Of a stretch of DNA of 64,000 bases, positions 10,005-18,674 are shown one piece after another. The translations under genes were made by a program, and so were the position numbers. The notes beneath the pieces are model-generated. The model was given only the letters and a program-made list of their open reading frames with translations. It did no database searches and had not been told where the DNA came from. The stretch's first letter is position 1. Every line of letters begins with the position of its first letter. This DNA comes from an uncultured Chitinophagaceae bacterium (GTDB lineage: Bacteria > Bacteroidota > Ignavibacteria > UBA10030 > UBA8401), in assembly GCA_964603685.1 (NCBI GenBank), contig CAZRWF010000002.1:14667-78666 (forward strand), given 5' to 3'.

Positions 10005-13000
10005 TTAGAAATAGGCTCGTACTTCCATCCTTCCGGTATGCACCACTCCGGAATTCGGTGTTGTCCGACCGGAATAGGCCAGCGAAAATTGTATGTTTCC
10101 TTGCACCCGATATTCGGAGGAAAGCGTCCACAAATAGTTTTTCCCGATATCCCTCCCTCCGGTCAATTCGAACGGCGGAACATAACCTGTTGCCGGCGCT
10201 GCGACTATGACTTCTTCCCGCGAAAAATCAATACGGACTTGGCCGGTGCCGGCAAATCCGTACACATAGCGGACCGTTTGACCGTTAAAATTCGCACGCG
10301 CAGGATGAATGGGCACTCCATCTTCCGCTTGTGAAGTTTCCAGCACTAATCCCATTTCGTTATTTGTTGCCGGACGATAAGAAAGATCGTTGCGCAACAA
10401 GGCGGAAACGATCAAACGCGATCGATTGATCACCGAAGTCGAAACGGCATTATCATCGCGGAATACAATTTCCGTCTGGTCGGCGATATCCGACGTCAGT
10501 TGAATCCGCGACCGAACAGAGCGTTCGCGCGCATAGTTTTGTTCGCGGCCGCCGGTGAATTGGCCGAGGGACCGACGTTGAGAAAAACGAAACCGGAATG
10601 AACGACCGGGGTCATTTTCAAATAGAAAGAGATCCTGTTGCACGAGTTGAGAACCGGCTTGTGTCGTGCGGGGGTTCAATAATACGGCCGGATCGAGCGT
10701 GTAAATTTTTTCCGTTCGCCTTTCCGTGCTTCGCTCTTCGATCCGGACATAACTCTCCGATGACAATGCTACCAAAATTTTTTCCCATACCGTTTCCGGC
10801 CTGCTGAGGAATCTTCGCGGTACGACCCGCACCCGTCCGGTTGTTTTAAGATTCACGACGGGGACGAGAAAATCGCTGCTGCGGGTTAATGCGATATATT
10901 CCCCTTCATACCGGTCAGGCCGGAATTCGCGTTCGTCGAACAGATCCACATTGCCGTCCCCGTTCGCGTCGGTCCACACAAACTGTCCCTCCCCCTTTCG
11001 GACTTTAAAAAAATACCGCTCCAATTGGGCGGTCCGTTGGGTGGAGACGTCGTAAAAAAGATCGATATCCATTCCGTGGGAAAAAGGTCGATAGCGGGAG
11101 GTCGCTTTTACCAATGTTGTCACATTGGTGGAGTTGTTTTGTTGAAACAGGGGTTCGACGATCAATTCTCGCAGACTGACGCTGACCGATCCGCTGTAAT
11201 GATTCACTTCCGGAAAATCGATGCCGGACGTATACGTGACCGAGCGGGACTGCTTCTCCCATCGGCCTGAAAATCCAGCAAAGTTTTCACGCAGTTCCAA
11301 CTCTGCGCGGATGTCCATTCCGAAAAACCGGCGAACCTGAAAATTCGGAGCAGCCGAACGGAAGGAATAACTTGAACCTCGTAAAGAATCGGTCGTCGTC
11401 GTATACACACGCCGCTCTTCTTGTTCAAAACGAAAGGCCGGCGTCCATGCGCCGATCGTATGGCGTACGTCTCCGCGCTGGCGGAACCATTCATTACTCA
11501 GCGACAGTTGGGATTCTTCACCGTTGATCTTTTCAAATGAATACCGCAGGTACGGGTTGTCCACTGCCGACCATTCCACCGCACCATCGTATCGCCGGGA
11601 TGAAAATTGTCCCGAACGGTCCATCGTACCAACACCGGAGGTGACGGTCAAATCGCTGCGCGGTTTATACACCAGATGTCCCTCTCGCAGAAGTTCATCC
11701 GCTGTAAATGAGGCGACAAGACTGTCCGTGCTCCATTTTCGTCCGAATTCGACCTCATCCGATCGATCAAACGTGGTGAACCGATGGTCTTTGGCGCGTT
11801 GAGAAAATTGCAAGTCCAATGCACCAATCGGCATTCCGTTTAATTCCAGATTAGTCGGCGCGTATAGCGCCGAAACATTATATTCAGTGCCGGGATTTTT
11901 GTTGTCGCCGAGTTCGGAGAGGCGATTGGGATCGGCATTGCTGGCGGCGAACTCACCATCCAGCGTGAAAGTACGAAACGGCGACACCGTCGTCCGAAGC
12001 GACACCAATTGCTGTTGCTGCGGAACGGGAATGAGAACTTGAGGCAAATATTCACCGGCGCCGATGCCGACGAACCGAAAGAGTCCCGGAGCTTCACGGC
12101 GGTAATCGCCTTTGCCGTCGGGTGCGGCGGAGAATGCCACGGCATAAAGCGCCAGCGGTGTAAATTGTTCGAAACGGTAGACGCGGAGCGTATCGCCGGA
12201 GATGACGGTATCGACGGCGGCATAACTTCCCTTGCCGATTCCCAATGTATCCGTTCCGACAAAAACAACGCCGGACCGCACCGGCAATGAATTTCCGGCC
12301 GATCGCAAGATGTTTCGGTCCTCATCGGTTAATGAGATATCGATCGGTGCATCGGGATCATCCGATTCCCGGAAATAGTCGATCCGCACCGCAGCTGATG
12401 CCGACAATTGAGAGTGTGCGCCGATTCCGAAAAAATTTCTGGTGAATTGCCTGTCCGCATACTCAAAATCAATGGTGATGCGGGAAGCGGCAGTGATCAA
12501 CCGTTTGGAAGAAAATGTCACTTCGGCTGATCCGTATTCGATGGAATAATCGTTATTGTCCCCCCGCGTCATACGATCACCGTCCACATACACTCGTTCG
12601 CTTCCGGCGATGACAACGATCGCCCGTTCGTTGTTTTTCCCGGTTAACCGGTACGGGCCCTGCATTCCTTCGACGCCGCTGAATTGCACGCTGTGGAATT
12701 TACCGCGGCTGGATGCACCGGTCACCTGAACGGACGTGCGGGGCATATCATTGGTATAGTCTGCAATTACGCGCGCTCCTTGGACTTTTCGATGAAGCGA
12801 GGAAAATTCTCCACCGTTGACATCGAACAAAAAATCCCCCAGGGTGGCCGAATACACCGGGCCGTTGATCTGGACGAAAACATTGTCCACCTCTTGCAGC
12901 GTTTGTGTATTCCCCTGCGGCTGGATCGGAGTATTTTCATCCGTCAACGCAGCGACAATATCGATATTGTCGGACAACTTTCCGGACATTTGCAGACGGA

Positions 13001-13487
13001 ATCCGGAAGACAATGTCAGGTCTCTGTTCGAACCGACGAGAAATCCGCGCGTGATCGAACCGCTTTTGGAAAGTTCGGGACCGAACGAATTGCCGAACAA
13101 TCCGTCGGAGGTCTGGAAAATGGTCGTCGATTTCGGCAGTCCGCCGCTGTCCAGCGCAATGGAAGGCGTTCGGAGACGGTAGACCGGTTGAAGATCAAAA
13201 CGCTGATAGGAATAGACGACGGTGATCCGGGCAGAATCGCTCCATTCCGGTTGTTTGCGGAATTGCAGAGATCGTGTCGATCCCTCGTACGTAAATAGAA
13301 GAACAGGCGTGGAGTCGACCGTCACGACGATGGAACGATCATCAATGAACGGTTTGATAAGCCGGATGGTGACTGTATCGGGAAAATCCGAAAGGAATGC
13401 GGATTGAACAAATTCCGCAGGTACTGTTTGTGCACGCACCCACAGGAACGGTAGAAGGAACGAAACTTTTACTATTGAACGGATCAT
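10005..13487 (-). CDS. large conserved-looking outer-membrane beta-barrel-type protein, function unknown
   Basis: 1160-aa uninterrupted ORF. Signal peptide MIRSIVKVSFLLPFLWVRAQ. Composition rich in S/T/G/R/F/Y in alternating beta-strand-like patterns. C-terminal ...GRMEVRAYF, an aromatic terminus typical of OMP barrels. No motif of TonB-dependent receptors, BamA or LptD that I can recognise. Confidence 0.7.
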   Translation of the reverse strand: MIRSIVKVSFLLPFLWVRAQTVPAEFVQSAFLSDFPDTVTIRLIKPFIDDRSIVVTVDSTPVLLFTYEGSTRSLQFRKQPEWSDSARITVVYSYQRFDLQPVYRLRTPSIALDSGGLPKSTTIFQTSDGLFGNSFGPELSKSGSITRGFLVGSNRDLTLSSGFRLQMSGKLSDNIDIVAALTDENTPIQPQGNTQTLQEVDNVFVQINGPVYSATLGDFLFDVNGGEFSSLHRKVQGARVIADYTNDMPRTSVQVTGASSRGKFHSVQFSGVEGMQGPYRLTGKNNERAIVVIAGSERVYVDGDRMTRGDNNDYSIEYGSAEVTFSSKRLITAASRITIDFEYADRQFTRNFFGIGAHSQLSASAAVRIDYFRESDDPDAPIDISLTDEDRNILRSAGNSLPVRSGVVFVGTDTLGIGKGSYAAVDTVISGDTLRVYRFEQFTPLALYAVAFSAAPDGKGDYRREAPGLFRFVGIGAGEYLPQVLIPVPQQQQLVSLRTTVSPFRTFTLDGEFAASNADPNRLSELGDNKNPGTEYNVSALYAPTNLELNGMPIGALDLQFSQRAKDHRFTTFDRSDEVEFGRKWSTDSLVASFTADELLREGHLVYKPRSDLTVTSGVGTMDRSGQFSSRRYDGAVEWSAVDNPYLRYSFEKINGEESQLSLSNEWFRQRGDVRHTIGAWTPAFRFEQEERRVYTTTTDSLRGSSYSFRSAAPNFQVRRFFGMDIRAELELRENFAGFSGRWEKQSRSVTYTSGIDFPEVNHYSGSVSVSLRELIVEPLFQQNNSTNVTTLVKATSRYRPFSHGMDIDLFYDVSTQRTAQLERYFFKVRKGEGQFVWTDANGDGNVDLFDEREFRPDRYEGEYIALTRSSDFLVPVVNLKTTGRVRVVPRRFLSRPETVWEKILVALSSESYVRIEERSTERRTEKIYTLDPAVLLNPRTTQAGSQLVQQDLFLFENDPGRSFRFRFSQRRSLGQFTGGREQNYARERSVRSRIQLTSDIADQTEIVFRDDNAVSTSVINRSRLIVSALLRNDLSYRPATNNEMGLVLETSQAEDGVPIHPARANFNGQTVRYVYGFAGTGQVRIDFSREEVIVAAPATGYVPPFELTGGRDIGKNYLWTLSSEYRVQGNIQFSLAYSGRTTPNSGVVHTGRMEVRAYF

Positions 13488-13535
13488 GAAAAACTTCCCA
13501 ATAGTAAAAAGTTACGCTAAACCTCCGTGAGAAGA

Positions 13536-13566
13536 AAATAAAAACGTCATTCGAAGGAATGACGTT
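13536..13566 (-). terminator. intrinsic terminator after tRNA-Leu
   Basis: Minus strand ACGTCATTC-cttc-GAATGACGT followed by TTTTTATTTT, starting 6 nt after the tRNA 3' end. Confidence 0.55.
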
Positions 13567-13571
13567 GATCG

Positions 13572-13656
13572 TACCGAGGGCCGGACTCGAACCGGCACAT
13601 CTTTAAGGGATACTGGATTTTGAGTCCAGCGCGTCTACCAATTCCGCCACCCCGGC
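13572..13656 (-). tRNA. tRNA-Leu (anticodon CAA)
   Basis: Minus strand GCCGGGGTGGCGGAATTGGTAGACGCGCTGGACTCAAAATCCAG...GCCGGTTCGAGTCCGGCCCTCGGTA. It folds with a 7-bp acceptor stem, D-arm, anticodon stem CTGGA/TCCAG with loop CTCAAAA, a long variable arm and a TPsiC arm GCCGG/CCGGC. No encoded CCA. Confidence 0.9.
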
Positions 13657-13668
13657 ATTGACAGAGAC

Positions 13669-13697
13669 AATATAAAAAATATCGCTTTTTTTTCCAA
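13669..13697 (-). promoter_or_regulatory. sigma70-like promoter of tRNA-Leu
   Basis: Minus strand TTGGAA (13697..13692), 17 nt, TATATT (13674..13669); 12 nt before the mature tRNA 5' end. Confidence 0.45.
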
Positions 13698-13718
13698 CAC
13701 TATTTTGCCGGGACCGTT

Positions 13719-14777
13719 TTACGGTTTTTTGAACAAATACGCGGAGTCTTGAACGGCATTTTTTTCTCCAGTATGACAGGCGAATCGTCCCCCGCTCCAG
13801 ATCGATGCGCTGCCGTATTCGCCGCGCGTGTTAATCGCATAAAACGATACATTAAAGTTCGGTTTACCGTCCTCTTTTAACAAACGTTTCATTTTGGTAT
13901 GATCGACAATTCGCCGGCATGCCTGTAAACATGCCTCTTCTGGTGATTTTCCTTGCCGCATAAATTCCACAATCATCACGGAACTACAGTTGGTAAGATT
14001 GGCTTCTCCCCGTCCGGTGGAACCCGCCGCCCCTACGGCATTATCCACATACAAACCGGCGCCGATAATGGGAGAGTCGCCGACGCGTCCCGGAATTTTG
14101 TAAGACAATCCGCTCGTCGTGGTGACGCCGGAAATATTCCCGTGAAGATCTTTCGCCAGAAGATTGATCGTACCGTACGTATTTAAGACCTCCCGCAGTT
14201 TTGATCCTATGGAACGGTCGTCCACGCCGTGCGGCGGAAGATAATCGTCCTCAACGGAGAGGTGTTCCTTCCATTTCACCCACATTTTTCTCGCTTCTTC
14301 CGTAAGAAGGTTTTCCTCGGGGAAGCCGTGCATTTTGGCAAATTGCAGAGCACCCTCCCCCACCAACAATACGTGATCGGTTCTCTCCATCACGACCCGT
14401 GCGACCGAAGAGGGATTTTTAATATTGCGCAACGAGGCGACGGCGCCGGCGCGATGCGTGGGACCGTGCATGACGGACGCATCCAGTTCCACCACACCGT
14501 CTTCGTTGGGAAGTCCGCCGTAACCGACCGTCATGTCGTTGGGATCATTTTCCACAATATTCACGCCGGCAATTGCCGCATCCAGCGCATCGCTGCCGTT
14601 GCGGATCATTTCCATGGCGGCAGCAGTCGCAGCGAGTCCATTCCCGCTCGCGATGACGACGCTTTTCCGCACCGCCGGCGATGTCTGTTGACCGAAGAGC
14701 GGCCTCTCCGGTAACAGTGCTGCCGCTCCCGACAAAACGGTGGTGGACAAAAATTTTCTGCGACCGATGTTTTCCAT
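13719..14777 (-). CDS. N4-(beta-N-acetylglucosaminyl)-L-asparaginase (glycosylasparaginase, Ntn hydrolase) with Tat signal
   Basis: 352 aa. Twin-arginine signal MENIGRRKFLSTTVLSGAAALL. Region YGTINLLAKDLHGNISGVTTTSGLSYKIPGRVGDSPIIGAGLYVDN...GSTGRGE matches the autoprocessing Thr and active-site region of bacterial glycosylasparaginases as I recall them. Confidence 0.85.
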   Translation of the reverse strand: MENIGRRKFLSTTVLSGAAALLPERPLFGQQTSPAVRKSVVIASGNGLAATAAAMEMIRNGSDALDAAIAGVNIVENDPNDMTVGYGGLPNEDGVVELDASVMHGPTHRAGAVASLRNIKNPSSVARVVMERTDHVLLVGEGALQFAKMHGFPEENLLTEEARKMWVKWKEHLSVEDDYLPPHGVDDRSIGSKLREVLNTYGTINLLAKDLHGNISGVTTTSGLSYKIPGRVGDSPIIGAGLYVDNAVGAAGSTGRGEANLTNCSSVMIVEFMRQGKSPEEACLQACRRIVDHTKMKRLLKEDGKPNFNVSFYAINTRGEYGSASIWSGGRFACHTGEKNAVQDSAYLFKKP

Positions 14778-14800
14778 CGTGCTGCCTCCGAATGTGTCGG

Positions 14801-17800
14801 TTATTTGAGAAAGAGCATTTTTTTCATCGATCGGAACGATCCTGAGGTCATGGTATAATAGTAGACACCGGAGGATAATCGTTGTGCGTCGAACGGTACG
14901 GAATAATACCCCGCGTCCAAACGCGTATCAACCAATGTCGCTACCTCTTTCCCGATCGCATCGAATACTTTGACGGTCACTCTTCCTCCGTCCGGTACAG
15001 CGAAAGTGATATTCGTCGTCGGATTAAACGGATTCGGGTAATTTTGTGCGAGTGAAAAATGCGCCGGCAGAGCGTCGGAATTCTTCTGTACCGGTAATGC
15101 AAAGGAATTGACGAGCAATTCGACATCATCGATATAGATACCATCCGCTTCATTGGCTCCGTCCGTCTTCAAACGGAATCGAACTTTAACGCTCGAATTT
15201 CCGGCGCCGGCGAATTGATCGATCGAAAACGATTCCGCCGTCATCGCAAACCCGATGCCGGTCAATTTCCGGAATGTCGTCCAGTCCGTATTGTTTCTGG
15301 ACACTTCCACAAATACCGTGTCCGATGAATGCATCGCGAGCCGTCGATAATATTGCAGCGTTACTTTCGAATACGGGGTCAGATCAACACCGGAAGAAAG
15401 TACGAGCGATCGATTGTTGTTGGGTCCATAGTTTCCGGTCGGACTGTCGGTGATACTGAAGAGGCCCCGTTTGATGTTACTGGAATAACCCCAACCGTCG
15501 AAATTCCACCGGGCAGAATCGACCTTCTCGAAGGTATCGACGAATTGCCGGCCGATGACGAACGATTTTGTACCGGTGGGGGGATATTGTGCGGTATTCG
15601 GCACCGCAGCCACATCGGCAGCGGTGATATGATAGGTCACCACATCTCCGGAATTCAGCGCCGCTCCGGGAATGATGTTTCCGCCGTACGAATTACCGCC
15701 GGTCTTGGACAATGAGGCTGTTTGTGCCGTGCCGCCGTTGACCGAATAGTGCACAATCACTTTCGTGGAATCGATTCCGATATTGTCGGTGACGCTCAAC
15801 GAGACAGGAAACGGTCCTGAAAAAAGGATGGAATTCTGAACATCGTCCACTGTAACGAACTGCGGTTTCACGACATCCGGTCCGACAAAAAATGACTTTG
15901 TGGTATACGGCAAGTATCCGGTCGATGTCTTCGTCAGCACAAAATATTGCACCGTGGAATTGGCCGTTTGTGCGGGTATATTGGCTGAATATTTCCCGTT
16001 GGACAATGTCATCGGCACAGAATTAAACGGCATCGATCCGTCGGTATCATAATACAAAGTGACGGATTGGATCGGTGATCCGGAAGTGATGACGGAATTA
16101 ACCGTGATGGGATTTGTCGTGTTTTCCGTGTCGGCAATATTGTCCACCACGGCGTCGTAACCACCCAGCCATTTTAGGACGCGGTCGAAAACAGCGAGCC
16201 GTGATGCCGATTCCACAATCGCTTCAATCCCGCCGAATCCGAAGTATACCAATTTATATGCACCGTTATATCGAATCGCGCCGGATTTTCCCGTATGTGC
16301 ACCGCTCCCGTAGTTAAAGGAAGAGACCGATCCGCCGAACGGTTCGATCACTTCGGGATATTGTTCTGTGGAAGCCCGGTTCACTTGATAGCGGCTGAAA
16401 GAAAGTCCTTTCCCGATCGAATCATTGGCCGTTCCAATCATCGACGAGGACCCTGCATCATCCGAAATAAATTTTGACTTTAGCATGTTCTCAAAAAATG
16501 TTTTGGAGGCGCCGGAGGATGCGACATATTCCGTTCCCGCCGGGTCGGCGAGATCCCATCCGAGGTCCTGTCCGGAGATGAACAATTTCCCTCCGCCGTT
16601 AAGGTAGGTCGTAAGGGCGGCGCGGTCCACGGAATCGAGTCCCGGAAACGACCATTCACAAAACCAGACGACCATGCTGTATTTCGACATTGTGGAGGCC
16701 GATGGCGTCCCTTTTTGCAACCGATTCCACACATCGAAGGATACACCGAGAGTTTGCAGTGTGGAGGTGTAAAACTCTTCGACATTGACCAATCCATCGT
16801 CGTCATCGACGAGCAGTATAGAAGGTGCAATCGGCAAGGCGATGGCGAATTGTTTTTGATATCCTCCGGCTGCGGTAAATGTGACCGTCATCGGAACGAC
16901 CGAAGGAACGGCATTTGCGCCGATGGTGATGGTAAAGGCATCAGCCGCATTCGTCTTTTCCCATTGGGAAAGATCCGATATGCCGGGAACGGTCCCATAG
17001 GATGACGCCGATTTTGTCACGGTGGTCGTCCAATGTGTCGTTGCGAGCGCGGCGGTGACACTCGTTGCATCTCCCCATTCGTTGCGGACTTTAACAATCA
17101 CTTTCGCCTGTTCGCCCGGTTCCAGTACGCCGTTTCCGTTTCCTCCGGCAGAATCATTGATAGAATATTCTGCCAGTTGAAGTTTCGGTCCCGGCATAGC
17201 GGGAGTTTCCGTCAACGCACGCAACGCGTTGATCCTTCCCGAGCCCATTTTCCCTTTGTGCGCGGCGGCGAGTTTTCCTTCGATGTTGTCGGCCGTTCCG
17301 AGAATACGGAACAAAATTTGCGCCGGTGTCAAAGTTTTGTTTTGGGATTTAACGACACCCGCCAGCGCGGCAACCAGCGGCGTGGCCATGGAGGTGCCGT
17401 GAAAATATTCATACAACTTCCCGCCGTACAAGGAAGAAGGATTGACCACCGTACTAAGAAATCCCTGAAAGTTTCCCGAACTGAAGTCACCGCCCGGAGC
17501 GGAGACATCCACAAAGGAGTTGAAAGATGAATAACTCGCTTTGGCATCGTTGCTATTCGTCGCGGCGACGGAGATTGCCCAGGGATGTGTTCCCAGCAAA
17601 CCCGCAAAATCCGAATTGGAATTTCCGGCTGAATTGACCACCACGACTCCGTTTTTGAATGCGTACCGTGCTCCTTCCACGGACGCTTCACCCGTACCGT
17701 AACTTAAACTGGCAACCGAAGCGCCGTTGTTCGCGGCATAGATAAATGCCTGGGACATCCATGTCGAAACGCCGTATCCGTTTCCGTCAGCATCGTGCCA

Positions 17801-18601
17801 TCCGATACGGAGCGGCATAACGCGGCAACCCCAGCCGAGTGAGGCGATGCCGATAGCATTGTTCGTGGCACCGGCAGCGATTCCGGCGCAATGTGTTCCG
17901 TGTCCATTAAAATCCATCGGATTGTTGTCTGGCGTGTTCGCGTCTTCTCCGGCTGCGGCAGTGGTAACTCCGGTGACAAAATCCCAGCCGCGACTATCGT
18001 CCACAAAACCGTTGCCGTCATCGTCGATGCCGTTGGTCGGATTTTCATCCCAGTTTGTCCAGATGACCGATGCAAGGTCCGGATGATCCCAATCCACGCC
18101 GCTATCAATGATCGCAATCACCACGGACGTATCACCTTTATGAATTCCCCAGGCCGTGTCTGCCTTGACGATGGAGAGCGGATACACTTGTGCATAGTTC
18201 GGATCGTTGGGAATTACATGGGAACGAAAAATATAATCCGGTTCCGCCCATTCGACGGCCGGGTCGGACATCATCGATTGTGCCAATGCGACAATATCGG
18301 TGGTTGCGGGAACAGGAAATGTGTAAATCCGCTCCAATTCTTCAATCCCCTCTTTTTTCGTGAGGCCGTCCGTACGAAATGTTCGTTGCGCCGCACCAAG
18401 CCGATATTTTGATTGCAGGGAAAACTGTTGTGCGTCGATCGTCGATCGTCCTGCACGATGTACTTCGTGTTTCATTTTTACGACGACGACGCCGGGAAGG
18501 TATCGTACCGGTTCGATTGTTCCCGGATCATTTTTTCTGGCCACAAGAGATCCGGCAACGAGTATAAATGTGACGAACAATCGGACGAGAATGTTTTTCA
18601 T
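14801..18601 (-). CDS. subtilisin-like (S8) serine protease, very large, with T9SS C-terminal sorting domain
   Basis: Start moved to the ATG at 18601 (MKNILVRLFVTFILVAGSLVA signal peptide, AAGGAAGG SD upstream); the track start at 18802 overlaps glcF. Catalytic triad motifs AIIDSGVDWDHPDL, NGHGTHCAGIA and HGTSMATPLVAA. C-terminus LAQNYPNPFNPTTNITFAVP...SGVYYYTM is the Por secretion tail signature. Confidence 0.9.
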   Translation of the reverse strand: MKNILVRLFVTFILVAGSLVARKNDPGTIEPVRYLPGVVVVKMKHEVHRAGRSTIDAQQFSLQSKYRLGAAQRTFRTDGLTKKEGIEELERIYTFPVPATTDIVALAQSMMSDPAVEWAEPDYIFRSHVIPNDPNYAQVYPLSIVKADTAWGIHKGDTSVVIAIIDSGVDWDHPDLASVIWTNWDENPTNGIDDDGNGFVDDSRGWDFVTGVTTAAAGEDANTPDNNPMDFNGHGTHCAGIAAGATNNAIGIASLGWGCRVMPLRIGWHDADGNGYGVSTWMSQAFIYAANNGASVASLSYGTGEASVEGARYAFKNGVVVVNSAGNSNSDFAGLLGTHPWAISVAATNSNDAKASYSSFNSFVDVSAPGGDFSSGNFQGFLSTVVNPSSLYGGKLYEYFHGTSMATPLVAALAGVVKSQNKTLTPAQILFRILGTADNIEGKLAAAHKGKMGSGRINALRALTETPAMPGPKLQLAEYSINDSAGGNGNGVLEPGEQAKVIVKVRNEWGDATSVTAALATTHWTTTVTKSASSYGTVPGISDLSQWEKTNAADAFTITIGANAVPSVVPMTVTFTAAGGYQKQFAIALPIAPSILLVDDDDGLVNVEEFYTSTLQTLGVSFDVWNRLQKGTPSASTMSKYSMVVWFCEWSFPGLDSVDRAALTTYLNGGGKLFISGQDLGWDLADPAGTEYVASSGASKTFFENMLKSKFISDDAGSSSMIGTANDSIGKGLSFSRYQVNRASTEQYPEVIEPFGGSVSSFNYGSGAHTGKSGAIRYNGAYKLVYFGFGGIEAIVESASRLAVFDRVLKWLGGYDAVVDNIADTENTTNPITVNSVITSGSPIQSVTLYYDTDGSMPFNSVPMTLSNGKYSANIPAQTANSTVQYFVLTKTSTGYLPYTTKSFFVGPDVVKPQFVTVDDVQNSILFSGPFPVSLSVTDNIGIDSTKVIVHYSVNGGTAQTASLSKTGGNSYGGNIIPGAALNSGDVVTYHITAADVAAVPNTAQYPPTGTKSFVIGRQFVDTFEKVDSARWNFDGWGYSSNIKRGLFSITDSPTGNYGPNNNRSLVLSSGVDLTPYSKVTLQYYRRLAMHSSDTVFVEVSRNNTDWTTFRKLTGIGFAMTAESFSIDQFAGAGNSSVKVRFRLKTDGANEADGIYIDDVELLVNSFALPVQKNSDALPAHFSLAQNYPNPFNPTTNITFAVPDGGRVTVKVFDAIGKEVATLVDTRLDAGYYSVPFDAQRLSSGVYYYTMTSGSFRSMKKMLFLK

Positions 18602-18674
18602 AACCTTCCTTTTGTGAGGTGAATAATAAACAACATGAGTAAAATTAATCTGCGAGAATGTATTCCGCGTCAAG

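Noticed and set aside
12009-13407. + strand ORFs (93, 66, 204, 121 and 61 aa) inside the 1160-aa gene
   Set aside because: They are fully nested antisense to a continuous 3.5-kb ORF and have an Arg/Gly-rich composition typical of the wrong frame.
13488-13718. tRNA-Leu (and tRNA-Lys at 26297..26572) as possible genomic-island integration sites
   Set aside because: There is no integrase, no partial tRNA direct repeat and no abrupt change of gene content on either side. The flanks are ordinary terminators and promoters.
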